NCBI GenBank assembly: GCA_947652325.1
Contig: CANTCQ010000003.1
Span: 64,890 to 128,889, forward strand
Source of the DNA: an uncultured Mycoplasmatota bacterium
GTDB taxonomy: Bacteria; Bacillota_I; Bacilli_A; RF39; UBA660
Reading direction: 5' to 3'
DNA: 64,000 nt
Part shown: piece after piece, positions 39,841 to 50,537 of the stretch
Layout of the letters: each line of letters starts with the position of its first letter
Numbering within the stretch: position 1 is the stretch's first letter
Program-made: the position numbers and the translations under genes
Notes under the pieces: generated by a model
The model's database searches: none
Seen by the model: only the letters and a program-made list of their open reading frames with translations
Told to the model about the DNA's origin: nothing

Positions 39841-42123
39841 ATGTATAAAAAAATTTATGTTGATAAAATAAACGATTTACCAGAGCCATACGATGCAAAA
39901 CTAAATAAGGAAGCATTTGAAAAAATGGCGAATGGCGATACTTCGATTAAAAAGGATATTATTGACCATAATTTAAGATTTGTTTTAAATCAAATTTATA
40001 ACTATTTTTCCAAAACTTCTTATGAAACAAATGAATTATTTAGTATAGGAACAATAGGATTAATAAAAGCTATAGATTCATTTGATATTAAAAAAGGAAA
40101 TGCATTTGCCACGTATGCCACGAGATGTATTCATAATGAAATTTTAATGTTTATGCGTCACGAGAAAAAATTTTCAAAAGAAGAAAGTATGAATAAATCT
40201 TTATATCATGATAAAGATGGAAAGGAAATAATTTTAGAAGAAATTATTGCTGATAATAATATAAATATTCTAGATGATTATATCGTAACCGAAGAAATTG
40301 AAAATAACGAAAAATTAATAGAAAAAATGAAAGAAATTTTAAATTTTTTAAAAGAACGTGATAAACAAATAATTTTATATTTATACGGATTGACAGATGG
40401 AAAAAAACATTCTCAATCTGAAGCAGCAAATAAATTTAATTTGTCGCAAAGCATAATTTCTCGAATCGAAAGAAAGTGTTTGAAACTTTTAAAAGAAATA
40501 TTATATAATGAAATGAACACCACAATAGAATATAGCGATTTTGATACGACTGAAATAGATCCATTATTAAATTCAAAATTATTTATAGAATTTATAAATT
40601 TATTTCCAGAAGAAATGCACAAATCGTATTGTATTGAAAAAGGGATAAGAATAAAAAATAAAAAAGTATCGAAAATTATTAATTCTAAACTAACTAATAA
40701 TAGTAAACAAGAGATAAAAACTATGGAATCTCATTTAAAATTTATGATAGATGAATATTTTAATGGAATAAAACAAAACAAAAATAAAAAAGAAATTTTG
40801 GAAAGTTTAATATCTAAAATGAAAAATAGAAGTTTATTATTTCGTTTTTCTGAATATTCAAATATGGAAATAATATATGCTTTAAGATATTTAACAGAGG
40901 AAGAGCAGCAAATTATTATAAAAAGACATGGACAGAATTTAAACAATTTTTTCTCATTTTCAAAAAAGAAATATCAAAAACAATTTAGAAAATATACACT
41001 TGCAGTACAAAACTTAGAAATAATTCTTTTCTTAATAAAAAATAAAGAACGTTTTAAAAAAGATTTAGAAATATCCGAAGATAAAAGTCTTATCGATAAT
41101 CTAAAATATTTAACAATAAAAGAAAAAAACATTTTGTGTTCGGGGGGGGGGTATACTAAGGAAACAAAAACATATTATGACATACTTGCAATCATAAAAA
41201 GAAAAAAAGAAGGAAAAATATGTAAAGTATCTCCTTTATTTCAAAAATATGCAAAAGAAGAAATAAGAATGGCATTACCTATACTAAGTAAAGAAGAGCT
41301 AATACTATTTCTAAGTCGTCATGGAGAGAATTTAGAACAAAAAAATCCTTGGCCAACAGATCAAAAATCTAGTTATTATTATAGGCGTTATGCAAAAATT
41401 GTAAAAAAAATAATAAAGCATATTGAAAGTAAAAAAGAAGTATTAGTTACTGAATTTTGTCTAAAATATGGATTTAATTCAGTGAGCGAAGCAAAGGAAA
41501 CCATAGCCTTATTAGCAAAATCGGAACAAGATATTATTTACCTAAAATGGGGTGAAGACTTAAATTTTGTAAAATCATTTCCAAGAAATAATATAAAAAA
41601 ATCATTTGCTGAGTATTCATGGGAGTATGAAGAAGCCATTTATCATTTAAAACAAATACAAAAAAAACAAAATGCAAATAGAAAAGAAGAGCAAATAGTC
41701 ATTATTGACCAACCATCAAAAAAAATAAAAAATGATTTACTAGAAGAAAAACTATCTTTAAAAAAAGCTGAAATCTTTAATAATTTATTTGAAGTATATC
41801 AAACACTTATTGATAAAAAAATCATAATAGAACTAATTAATAAAACAGTAGTAAATTTACGCATTTCAAATAATGAATATTTTCATATCATCGAAAATGA
41901 AATATTTATGAATTTAGCAAATCAATACAAAGAAAATATAGATAATGAAAAAGGACACATGCTAATAAACCACATAAAAGAAATGTTTTTGATAAAGATT
42001 AAAGCAAAAAATCCCCTATATACAAAAGAAAAAATTGCATATGCGATAGAAGAAGTTTTTAAAAATTATACGGGAACGAGTAATTTTGAATTCGAAATAA
42101 CTCTTTATTTAAAAAATAGGTAA
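39841..42123 (+). CDS. sigmaE/sigmaK-like sporulation-type sigma-70 factor fused to a ~530-aa C-terminal extension of degenerate region-4-like repeats
   Basis: Residues 1-225 align by eye with B. subtilis SigE/SigK: LPEPYD, MANGD, HNLRFV, SIGTIGLIKAIDSF, ATYATRCIHNEILMFMR, and region 4 LKERDKQIILYLYGL...SQSIISRIERKCL. Four further modules follow (ALRYLTEEEQQIIIKRHGQNL, NLKYLTIKEKNILCSGGGY, ALPILSKEELILFLSRHGENL, ALLAKSEQDIIYLKWGEDL). Confidence 0.8.
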   Translation: MYKKIYVDKINDLPEPYDAKLNKEAFEKMANGDTSIKKDIIDHNLRFVLNQIYNYFSKTSYETNELFSIGTIGLIKAIDSFDIKKGNAFATYATRCIHNEILMFMRHEKKFSKEESMNKSLYHDKDGKEIILEEIIADNNINILDDYIVTEEIENNEKLIEKMKEILNFLKERDKQIILYLYGLTDGKKHSQSEAANKFNLSQSIISRIERKCLKLLKEILYNEMNTTIEYSDFDTTEIDPLLNSKLFIEFINLFPEEMHKSYCIEKGIRIKNKKVSKIINSKLTNNSKQEIKTMESHLKFMIDEYFNGIKQNKNKKEILESLISKMKNRSLLFRFSEYSNMEIIYALRYLTEEEQQIIIKRHGQNLNNFFSFSKKKYQKQFRKYTLAVQNLEIILFLIKNKERFKKDLEISEDKSLIDNLKYLTIKEKNILCSGGGYTKETKTYYDILAIIKRKKEGKICKVSPLFQKYAKEEIRMALPILSKEELILFLSRHGENLEQKNPWPTDQKSSYYYRRYAKIVKKIIKHIESKKEVLVTEFCLKYGFNSVSEAKETIALLAKSEQDIIYLKWGEDLNFVKSFPRNNIKKSFAEYSWEYEEAIYHLKQIQKKQNANRKEEQIVIIDQPSKKIKNDLLEEKLSLKKAEIFNNLFEVYQTLIDKKIIIELINKTVVNLRISNNEYFHIIENEIFMNLANQYKENIDNEKGHMLINHIKEMFLIKIKAKNPLYTKEKIAYAIEEVFKNYTGTSNFEFEITLYLKNR
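41142..41151 (+). repeat. G10 homopolymer inside the sigma gene (codons S-G-G-G)
   Basis: tcGGGGGGGGGGtat. With G9 or G11 the frame reaches a stop within 16 or 3 codons respectively (my translation). Confidence 0.95.
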
Positions 42124-42155
42124 AAAGGTAAACACAATAAATGAACTTATGCAAT

Positions 42156-42183
42156 TTGACAAAAAAGAAATATATGGTAAAAT
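42156..42183 (+). promoter_or_regulatory. sigmaA-type promoter candidate with extended -10
   Basis: TTGACA-N16-TAAAAT, preceded by TGg. Confidence 0.5.
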
Positions 42184-42216
42184 AAAACCCACATTTTTGA
42201 AAAAAGGGGTTTTTTT
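42184..42216 (+). terminator. terminator-like hairpin whose 3' arm contains the SD of the second sigma gene
   Basis: AAAACCC...GGGGTTTTTTT. GGGG at 42206-42209 is the only SD-like element before the ATG at 42220. Confidence 0.6.
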
Positions 42217-42219
42217 AAT

Positions 42220-43863
42220 ATGGATTTAGAAGAAATATTAGCATTTTTAAATAATATTGATAAAAAAAAAGAAGGAGACTTTGAAAAAAAATGGCATTCA
42301 TTTGAAAATATTTATTTAAGTGAAGAACAAATAAATATTTTAATAAAAGATCCAATATGCCAAAGAGTATCAAAGTATATATTTGAATCTATAGAAGAAA
42401 TTTCAGAAAATTCCTATGAAAAATATATAAAAAATAATAATTTATTAAGAATTTTAAACAATATCTACATAGAAGAAAATAGTAAAAAAATGCAAAAATC
42501 ACTTTCTCAAGAGGAAGAGTTAGAATTATTAAAACAAATGGCAAATGGTGATAAACAAGCAAGAGCGAAGTTAATTGAAAAGAATTTGGGTTTAGTCAAA
42601 TTTTGTATCAATAATCTTGCAAAGTATTATAATTTGTCAAATATTTCTCTTGCTAATTTATATGATGATTTATTTCAAGAAGGAGTAGAAGCTCTTATAA
42701 AAAGTTTAGATAAATTTGATTATACAAAAGGATACAGAATAGCAACTTATACAATTTGGAGTATTAAAGCGGCCATTAATCAATATTTAGAAAAACAAAG
42801 ATTTCAATTAAAAGTTAGTAGAAATAAAATGGTTGAAATTAAAAAAATGCATAAAATCATCGGAGAATTATCTTTAGAGGGATATAATAATTTTTCATCC
42901 CAAACACTAACTGAAAAATTAGAAGTTGCAAAGGAACAACTAGCTGAAAATATACAATTATGTCAAAGAACAATATATTTAGATTCTTTTTTAGAAGAAA
43001 CAAATTTACATGAAGTGTTAAAAAATGATGGAATAGAAATTGAAAAAGATTATGAAAAAAAAGAATTTTATCAAACATTCAGAGAGATAATTAAAAATTG
43101 TGTTACAAATAAAATTATAAAAGAGCAAGAATTCCTAGTAATTTCTTTGCGTTATGGGCTAGAAGATGGAGAGCCAAAAAAATACAAGGAAATTGGAAAA
43201 ATAATAGGTAAAACTTGGCAAAGAGCACAACAAATTCATGATGAAGGTATAAAAAAATTGAAAAAATATAATAAAATAAAAGAATTTGGTCAAGAAAATA
43301 ATTTATATATGAATAGAAAAAGAAAACCAAAGATTATACATTCAATTGCAGAGTTAAAAGAGAAATATCCACCTGTAACCGATGAACAAATACAAGAAGG
43401 ATTGTCCTATTTAACAAAAAAACAACAAGAAGTAATATATAATTGTTTAAAAGAACAACAAGAAATTAAATCCTCATCAAAGGAATACCAAAGTTTAATA
43501 AATGGAATAAGAAAACTAGAGGAGTACATAGTAAATAAATTAAAAATAACTCCCCAATTAGAAACGGAAATATTGGGGAATCTAAAACTTTTAACAATAA
43601 CAACTTGGCAAGAAGAATTAAAAGAACAACAAAAAAGTCTAATTCATAGAAAATACCAAACTGTATATGGAGATATAATTCAATCACAAGAATTAGAAAA
43701 CAGTATAAATCAAGCTTTTGAAAATCAAAAGTTAGAAAGTTCATTTAGAAGTAAAAAATTACAAATAGAAGAAGCATTTTTTATTATATTAATAGAAAGA
43801 TTAAAAAAAACAACAGAGGAATTTGAATATAAAAATTTACTTCTTATATTTTTAGAATATTAG
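42220..43863 (+). CDS. RpoD-like sigma-70 family protein with ~110-aa N-terminal and ~180-aa C-terminal extensions
   Basis: Region 2 (LIEKNLGLVKFC...DLFQEGVEALIKSLDKFD...YRIATYTIWSIKAAINQYL), a region 3-like segment and region 4 (EQEFLVISLRYGLEDGEPKKYKEIGKIIGKTWQRAQQIHDEGIKKL). Confidence 0.8.
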   Translation: MDLEEILAFLNNIDKKKEGDFEKKWHSFENIYLSEEQINILIKDPICQRVSKYIFESIEEISENSYEKYIKNNNLLRILNNIYIEENSKKMQKSLSQEEELELLKQMANGDKQARAKLIEKNLGLVKFCINNLAKYYNLSNISLANLYDDLFQEGVEALIKSLDKFDYTKGYRIATYTIWSIKAAINQYLEKQRFQLKVSRNKMVEIKKMHKIIGELSLEGYNNFSSQTLTEKLEVAKEQLAENIQLCQRTIYLDSFLEETNLHEVLKNDGIEIEKDYEKKEFYQTFREIIKNCVTNKIIKEQEFLVISLRYGLEDGEPKKYKEIGKIIGKTWQRAQQIHDEGIKKLKKYNKIKEFGQENNLYMNRKRKPKIIHSIAELKEKYPPVTDEQIQEGLSYLTKKQQEVIYNCLKEQQEIKSSSKEYQSLINGIRKLEEYIVNKLKITPQLETEILGNLKLLTITTWQEELKEQQKSLIHRKYQTVYGDIIQSQELENSINQAFENQKLESSFRSKKLQIEEAFFIILIERLKKTTEEFEYKNLLLIFLEY

Positions 43864-44006
43864 AAAAAAGAGTAAAAGAAACATATCCAGGAATATCAAA
43901 AAAACAAACGCAAGAAATACGAAATAGAGTAATAGAAAATTATAGTGGGCAACCGCAATTAATTATAAAACTTGCGCTTCATTCTAAACAGTAATAAAGG
44001 AAAAAA

Positions 44007-44036
44007 GTCTTAAAAAGAAGTTTTAAGGCTTTTTGT
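44007..44036 (+). terminator. rho-independent terminator
   Basis: gtcttaaaa-agaag-ttttaaggc stem (one G-U pair) followed by a T run. Confidence 0.75.
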
Positions 44037-44074
44037 TTGAATAAGCGTATGGTAAAATAAAGAAGGTGGTACTT

Positions 44075-44626
44075 ATGTTTAGTTTTATAACAGGAAAAGT
44101 AAGAGAAACAGAGAAAAACTATATAACTTTAGAAAATAATGGAATTGGATATCAAATTTTTGTTGCAAATCCATTTAGTTTTGAGTTAGAGACAGATAAA
44201 ACCGTTTATATTTATACTCATATTCGAGAAGATGAACTTTCTTTTTACGGCTTTAATACGAAAGAAGAAAAAGAACTTTTTTTAAGACTCATAAATGTAA
44301 AAGGATTAGGTCCTAAAATGGCCCTTCCTATGTTTGCTTTAGGTAGTGTATCTGGAATTATGGATGCAATAGATAGAGAAAATGTTCTATATTTAACAAA
44401 ATTCCCAAAAATTGGCGAAAAAATTGCTCGTCAAATTATTTTAGACTTAAAAGGAAAACTTACTCAAAATGGAAATGCTTCTTTTGTTGGTTTCGATGAA
44501 GTAATAGAAGTCTTAGAAGGTTTAGGGTATAAAACAGGAGACATTAAAAAAATACTACCCAAACTTTCAAAAGATTTAAAAATAGAAGAACAAGTAAAAG
44601 AAGCACTAAAACTTTTATTAAAATAG
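44075..44626 (+). CDS. ruvA: Holliday junction helicase subunit RuvA
   Basis: FSFITGKV...GIGYQIF, HhH region ([13 protein letters not shown]) and a C-terminal domain III. The start is at the Met after the SD aaggtgg. Confidence 0.93.
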   Translation: MFSFITGKVRETEKNYITLENNGIGYQIFVANPFSFELETDKTVYIYTHIREDELSFYGFNTKEEKELFLRLINVKGLGPKMALPMFALGSVSGIMDAIDRENVLYLTKFPKIGEKIARQIILDLKGKLTQNGNASFVGFDEVIEVLEGLGYKTGDIKKILPKLSKDLKIEEQVKEALKLLLK

Positions 44627-44637
44627 AAAGGATTATT

Positions 44638-45642
44638 ATGGAAGACAGAATCATAGATGCAGAAGAAAAAAAAGAAGATGTTTTTGAAAAAAATATTCGT
44701 CCTCAAGAATTAGATGAATATATTGGGCAAAATGAAATTAAGGAAAATTTGCGAGTATTTATAAAAGCAGCTTTAATGCGAGGAGAACCACTTGACCATG
44801 TGCTTTTATATGGACCACCTGGCCTTGGAAAAACAACCCTTGCTCATATTATTGCAAACGAGCTTGGTAGCAATATCAAAACAGCGAGTGGTCCTTCCAT
44901 TGAAAAAACAGGGGATTTAGCTGCCATATTATCAACTCTTGAACCTGGAGATGTATTATTTATTGATGAAATCCATCGAATGCCAAAATTTATTGAAGAA
45001 GTTTTATATCCGGCTATGGAAGACTTTGAAATTGATTTAGTAATCGGTACAGAAGGAAAATCAAGAAATATCAAAATTGATTTGCCACCATTTACGCTTG
45101 TAGGGGCAACTACCCGTGCAGGGGATATTTCTTCTCCCTTACGTGACCGCTTTGGCATTATTTCAAAATTAGAATATTACAAAAAAGAAGAATTAAAAAG
45201 CATTATAAAAAGAACCAGTAGAGTACTCGAAATGCCAATAGAAGATGATGCAGCAGGAGAATTAAGTGGAAGATGTAGAAAAACTCCTCGTATTGCTAAT
45301 CGTTTATTTAAACGAGTTCGAGATTTTGCACTAGTAGAAGGTGAAAGTACAATTACAAAAGAATTAGCAAAAAAATCACTGCATCGATTGAAAGTAGACC
45401 AATATGGCCTTGATGCGATAGATATTGAATATTTAATGAGTTTAATTACAAAATTTAATGGTGGACCTGTTGGGATAGAAACAATTGCTACCTCTATTGG
45501 AGAAGAAGTATCAACGATTGAAGATGTTGTAGAACCTTTCTTATTACAAGAGGGTTTTATTAAACGCACCCAAAGAGGAAGAATAGCAACGGAAAAAGCA
45601 TACGACCATTTAAAAATAGACCATAATGCAACTATATTTTAA
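44638..45642 (+). CDS. ruvB: Holliday junction helicase RuvB
   Basis: Walker [10 protein letters not shown], Walker B LFIDEIHR and sensor TTRAG..SPLRDRF. Confidence 0.97.
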   Translation: MEDRIIDAEEKKEDVFEKNIRPQELDEYIGQNEIKENLRVFIKAALMRGEPLDHVLLYGPPGLGKTTLAHIIANELGSNIKTASGPSIEKTGDLAAILSTLEPGDVLFIDEIHRMPKFIEEVLYPAMEDFEIDLVIGTEGKSRNIKIDLPPFTLVGATTRAGDISSPLRDRFGIISKLEYYKKEELKSIIKRTSRVLEMPIEDDAAGELSGRCRKTPRIANRLFKRVRDFALVEGESTITKELAKKSLHRLKVDQYGLDAIDIEYLMSLITKFNGGPVGIETIATSIGEEVSTIEDVVEPFLLQEGFIKRTQRGRIATEKAYDHLKIDHNATIF

Positions 45643-45666
45643 ATGTAAAAAAGTAAAGGTGATAAT

Positions 45667-46425
45667 TTGGAAGCAAAAGATTGTATTTTACTTTCTCCAG
45701 AAAATGAAAGAATAAAGTGTAAATTTTATGAATTGGAAGAAAAATGCAAAGAAATAATTTATGAAAAAACGAAAATAGATTTTATAAGAAAAGAAGAATT
45801 TGATAAATTTAAAACAAAATATACTTATTTTAAACCCTATTTTGATTTTGTTTTAATAAAGTTAGGTTATAGAATTCAAAATCCTTACGAGTTAGAAAAT
45901 GCTTCTATGTATGAAAAAGATGGATATATACATTTGTTTTCTTTAAACACTGAATTGGAATTATTTCCACCTTGTGATGATGAACACATAGGATTATATC
46001 ATGTAACAGAAGATGAATTGACTTTATCTATGGTAGATGAAAATTTAATAGGGATTAAACCAAAAGGATATGGGCATACATTTATTTCGCGCTTAATTCT
46101 TAATCAATTATTTTTAAATGACCGAAGTCTTTATCAAAAATTTTTAGAAGAATGTAAAGTAAGAAACCGTAATTTTAATTTTTTTAATTTTACTGATTTC
46201 TTAATTTATCAGAAACCATTTTTAAGAGTAGAAAAAAATGTCAAAAATGAAAAAAACAAACAATTTGCTGTATTTAAAAATTGTAGTTTTTATTATGAAA
46301 TACAAGGATATCATGATAATATATCAGAAAAACAAAAAAGATTTTTAGAAACGCTTATAATAAAAAATATAATAAAAAACGAAAACTTACATATTCCTGA
46401 AAAAGAAAATAGGAGGATATTTTAA
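45667..46425 (+). CDS. hypothetical protein (252 aa, TTG start)
   Basis: ORF with SD aaaggtga. No motif recognised. Confidence 0.45.
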   Translation: MEAKDCILLSPENERIKCKFYELEEKCKEIIYEKTKIDFIRKEEFDKFKTKYTYFKPYFDFVLIKLGYRIQNPYELENASMYEKDGYIHLFSLNTELELFPPCDDEHIGLYHVTEDELTLSMVDENLIGIKPKGYGHTFISRLILNQLFLNDRSLYQKFLEECKVRNRNFNFFNFTDFLIYQKPFLRVEKNVKNEKNKQFAVFKNCSFYYEIQGYHDNISEKQKRFLETLIIKNIIKNENLHIPEKENRRIF

Positions 46426-47451
46426 ATGACTACAGAAGAATTTAACTATGATTTACCAGAAGAATTAATTGCACAAACACCTTTAAAAAAAAGAAGTGCA
46501 TCAAAACTCTTAATTATGGATAAAAAAACAGGAGCATTAGAACATAAACAATTTGTTAATATTATTGATTATTTATTTCCTGGAAATGTTTTAGTTTTAA
46601 ATAATACAAAAGTTATTCCAGCTAGACTAATAGGGGAAAAAGAACAAACTCATGCATCCATTGAACTATTACTTTTGAAAAACAAAGTAGAAGATACATG
46701 GGAATGTTTAGCAAAACCATTTAAAAGATTACATATTGGGACTAAAATATCATTTGGAAATGGAATTTTAATAGCAGAAGTTATAGAAAAAAAAGAAAGT
46801 GGTATGGTAATTGTAACTTTTAAATATAATGGTATTTTTCTAAACATTTTAGATACCTTAGGGCAAATGCCTCTTCCCCCCTACATACATAAAAAATTAG
46901 AAGAAAAAGACCGTTATCAAACAGTGTATGCCAAAAATATAGGAAGTGCTGCAGCTCCAACCGCTGGACTTCACTTCACAGAAGAATTACTAAAGAAAAT
47001 AAAAGAAAAAGGAATTATTATCGTAGAAATAACATTACATGTAGGACTCGGCACATTTCGACCAGTTGAAGTAAGTGATATAAAAAAACATGTCATGCAC
47101 AGTGAATTTTACCAAATGACCAAAGAAACAGCCAGTATTTTAAATAAAGCCAAAAAGGAGAATCGAAAAATTATTGCGGTTGGAACCACTTCTACGAGAA
47201 CTTTAGAAACAATCATGGAAAAATACAATACATTTAAAGAATGTGAAGGAAATACGGATATTTTTATTTATCCAGGATATGAATTTAAAGCAATAGATGG
47301 TTTAATTACCAATTTTCATCTTCCCAAGAGTACACTTTTAATGCTCATTAGTGCTTTTTCAAAAAAAGAATTGATTTTAAAAGCCTATGAAGAAGCTATT
47401 CAAAAAAAATATCGTTTTTTCTCTTTTGGAGATGCCATGTTTATTAAGTAG
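46426..47451 (+). CDS. queA: S-adenosylmethionine:tRNA ribosyltransferase-isomerase
   Basis: Contains [32 protein letters not shown] and GTTSTRTLE. Confidence 0.96.
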   Translation: MTTEEFNYDLPEELIAQTPLKKRSASKLLIMDKKTGALEHKQFVNIIDYLFPGNVLVLNNTKVIPARLIGEKEQTHASIELLLLKNKVEDTWECLAKPFKRLHIGTKISFGNGILIAEVIEKKESGMVIVTFKYNGIFLNILDTLGQMPLPPYIHKKLEEKDRYQTVYAKNIGSAAAPTAGLHFTEELLKKIKEKGIIIVEITLHVGLGTFRPVEVSDIKKHVMHSEFYQMTKETASILNKAKKENRKIIAVGTTSTRTLETIMEKYNTFKECEGNTDIFIYPGYEFKAIDGLITNFHLPKSTLLMLISAFSKKELILKAYEEAIQKKYRFFSFGDAMFIK

Positions 47452-47463
47452 AAGGAGAATTTT

Positions 47464-48030
47464 ATGGAAAAAAATAGATTAATTATAGTAGAAGGACCAC
47501 AAGGTACAGGCAAAACTACACTTACTAATTATTTAAGAGATAACATACCCAGTTCGAATTTGCTTCGTTTATCAGGCTCAAAAGACAAAACAAAAACAGG
47601 CAAAGAAATAAGCAGAAACATGTATTATGCCTTGCAAGACTATTTAAAAAAGATGGAAAATATTCCAATGGATTTCATTTTTGACCGAACATTTTTTACA
47701 GAGGAAGTCTATGCTCGTTTAGGTTATAAAGAATATAATTATACAGATTTATACCAAGAATTAGTAGATGAATTAAATCAATTAAATTATGAAATATATT
47801 TCCTTATATTATATTTAGAAGATGTAAATCTTTATGAAAAACGTTTAGATAGAAAGGAACACCATAAATACCAAGCCTTTAGTATAGAAAATAGCAAAAA
47901 TCAGCAAAAAGAGTATTTAAATATTGGCAATGAAGTTGCAAAAAAGCACAAAATAAAAGTATATCCAGTCGCTATGGATAACTTTGATGAAGCCTACAAA
48001 AAAATAAAAGAATTAATAGGAATAAAATAA
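47464..48030 (+). CDS. P-loop kinase (thymidylate/deoxynucleoside-kinase-like fold)
   Basis: 188 aa with Walker A EGPQGTGKTT and a DR-like FDRTF motif. Specificity is unknown. Confidence 0.5.
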   Translation: MEKNRLIIVEGPQGTGKTTLTNYLRDNIPSSNLLRLSGSKDKTKTGKEISRNMYYALQDYLKKMENIPMDFIFDRTFFTEEVYARLGYKEYNYTDLYQELVDELNQLNYEIYFLILYLEDVNLYEKRLDRKEHHKYQAFSIENSKNQQKEYLNIGNEVAKKHKIKVYPVAMDNFDEAYKKIKELIGIK

Positions 48031-48170
48031 TATTATAATTTAGAAGAAAATTCAGAAGTAATCTTTTTTCATGAAATATCTCCATTCTTATTTATTTTAT
48101 CAAAAATAGTAGAAAAAATAAATATTCTAGATGAAAGTTAAAAAAAGCATGCTATACTAAAAAATATGAG

Positions 48171-48479
48171 GTGACAAAATTGGAAAAATATATAGAATTG
48201 CGAAAGGAAAAATATCCTAAAGTAGAGACTTGGATAACAAAAACTGAAAATATATTTCATTACATAGATAAAATACAAATAGGAAATTTAGAGGTTTTTA
48301 TCGATTTTGCTTGTAATAAAAACGGAAACCCAATTGGATATATTACAAATTCTTATTTTGAACAAAAAGATATACCAACAAAAGAACGCTTTTGGTTGCA
48401 AAAATACAAAAAGGAATTAATAAATCGAATAAGAGAAGATTTACTAACAAAAAAAAAGGAAATAAATATTTCTCGTTAA
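48171..48479 (+). CDS. hypothetical small protein
   Basis: 102-aa ORF. The start is uncertain (GTG 48171 or TTG 48180). Confidence 0.4.
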   Translation: MTKLEKYIELRKEKYPKVETWITKTENIFHYIDKIQIGNLEVFIDFACNKNGNPIGYITNSYFEQKDIPTKERFWLQKYKKELINRIREDLLTKKKEINISR

Positions 48480-49914
<1,435 letters not shown>

Positions 49915-50098
49915 AGGAAACAAGGACCTAATATTGAAAATAGATTGCTCAAGAAGAACAATTGGAGCCTGGAAAAATATATAATATATCAAGCTTTTTT
50001 TGATGGAGCAAAACACACAATATAGAAAAAATCAAAAAAAGTGTATACAAAGAATCTTTATTAAAAAACACCAAAATTATAAAAGATAAGCTACTAAC

Positions 50099-50461
50099 TT
50101 ATTCTTTTTTTGTATTAATTCCAAGCATGGACCCAAAAACGGAAGAAAGTAACAAAATGCCATAATAAAGAAAAGTAAAAAAATGGATTTCAAATCGATT
50201 TAAAAAAAGAGAAAGAAGAAACAAAAGAAACAAAAACAAACTACCTATTTTTAAGCCAGCAAGAAACCCTTTAGCTTCTGTTTGCTTGCCAGCTTTAAAA
50301 CCAAATAGTAAAAACAAAAGAAGCATGTAAATGATACTTATCACTTTGACCACTTTGGTTGGCATTAAAAAATAATACAATACACTAACAAATAAACTTC
50401 CTCCTATTAAAAAACCTAAAAATTTTAAAAGTAAAATTCCATATTCTTTTATATATTTCAT
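50099..50461 (-). CDS. small polytopic membrane protein
   Basis: 120 aa with four hydrophobic segments. Confidence 0.55.
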   Translation of the reverse strand: MKYIKEYGILLLKFLGFLIGGSLFVSVLYYFLMPTKVVKVISIIYMLLLFLLFGFKAGKQTEAKGFLAGLKIGSLFLFLLFLLSLFLNRFEIHFFTFLYYGILLLSSVFGSMLGINTKKE

Positions 50462-50537
50462 ATAATCACCTACAAAATTATATGTTATTGATTAAAAAGT
50501 TATGAAAAGAATCATAATAAAATTGGAAGGTGAAAAC

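Noticed and set aside
41129-41157. An internal promoter at the second G10 tract, by analogy with the first.
   Set aside because: TATACT is present, but no acceptable -35 hexamer lies 16-18 nt upstream (acattt). This is kept only as a remote possibility under the shared-flank finding.
46876-46881. C6 run in queA as another phase-variation tract.
   Set aside because: It is short and encodes the conserved PLPPY motif of QueA, so the homopolymer is explained by Pro codons.
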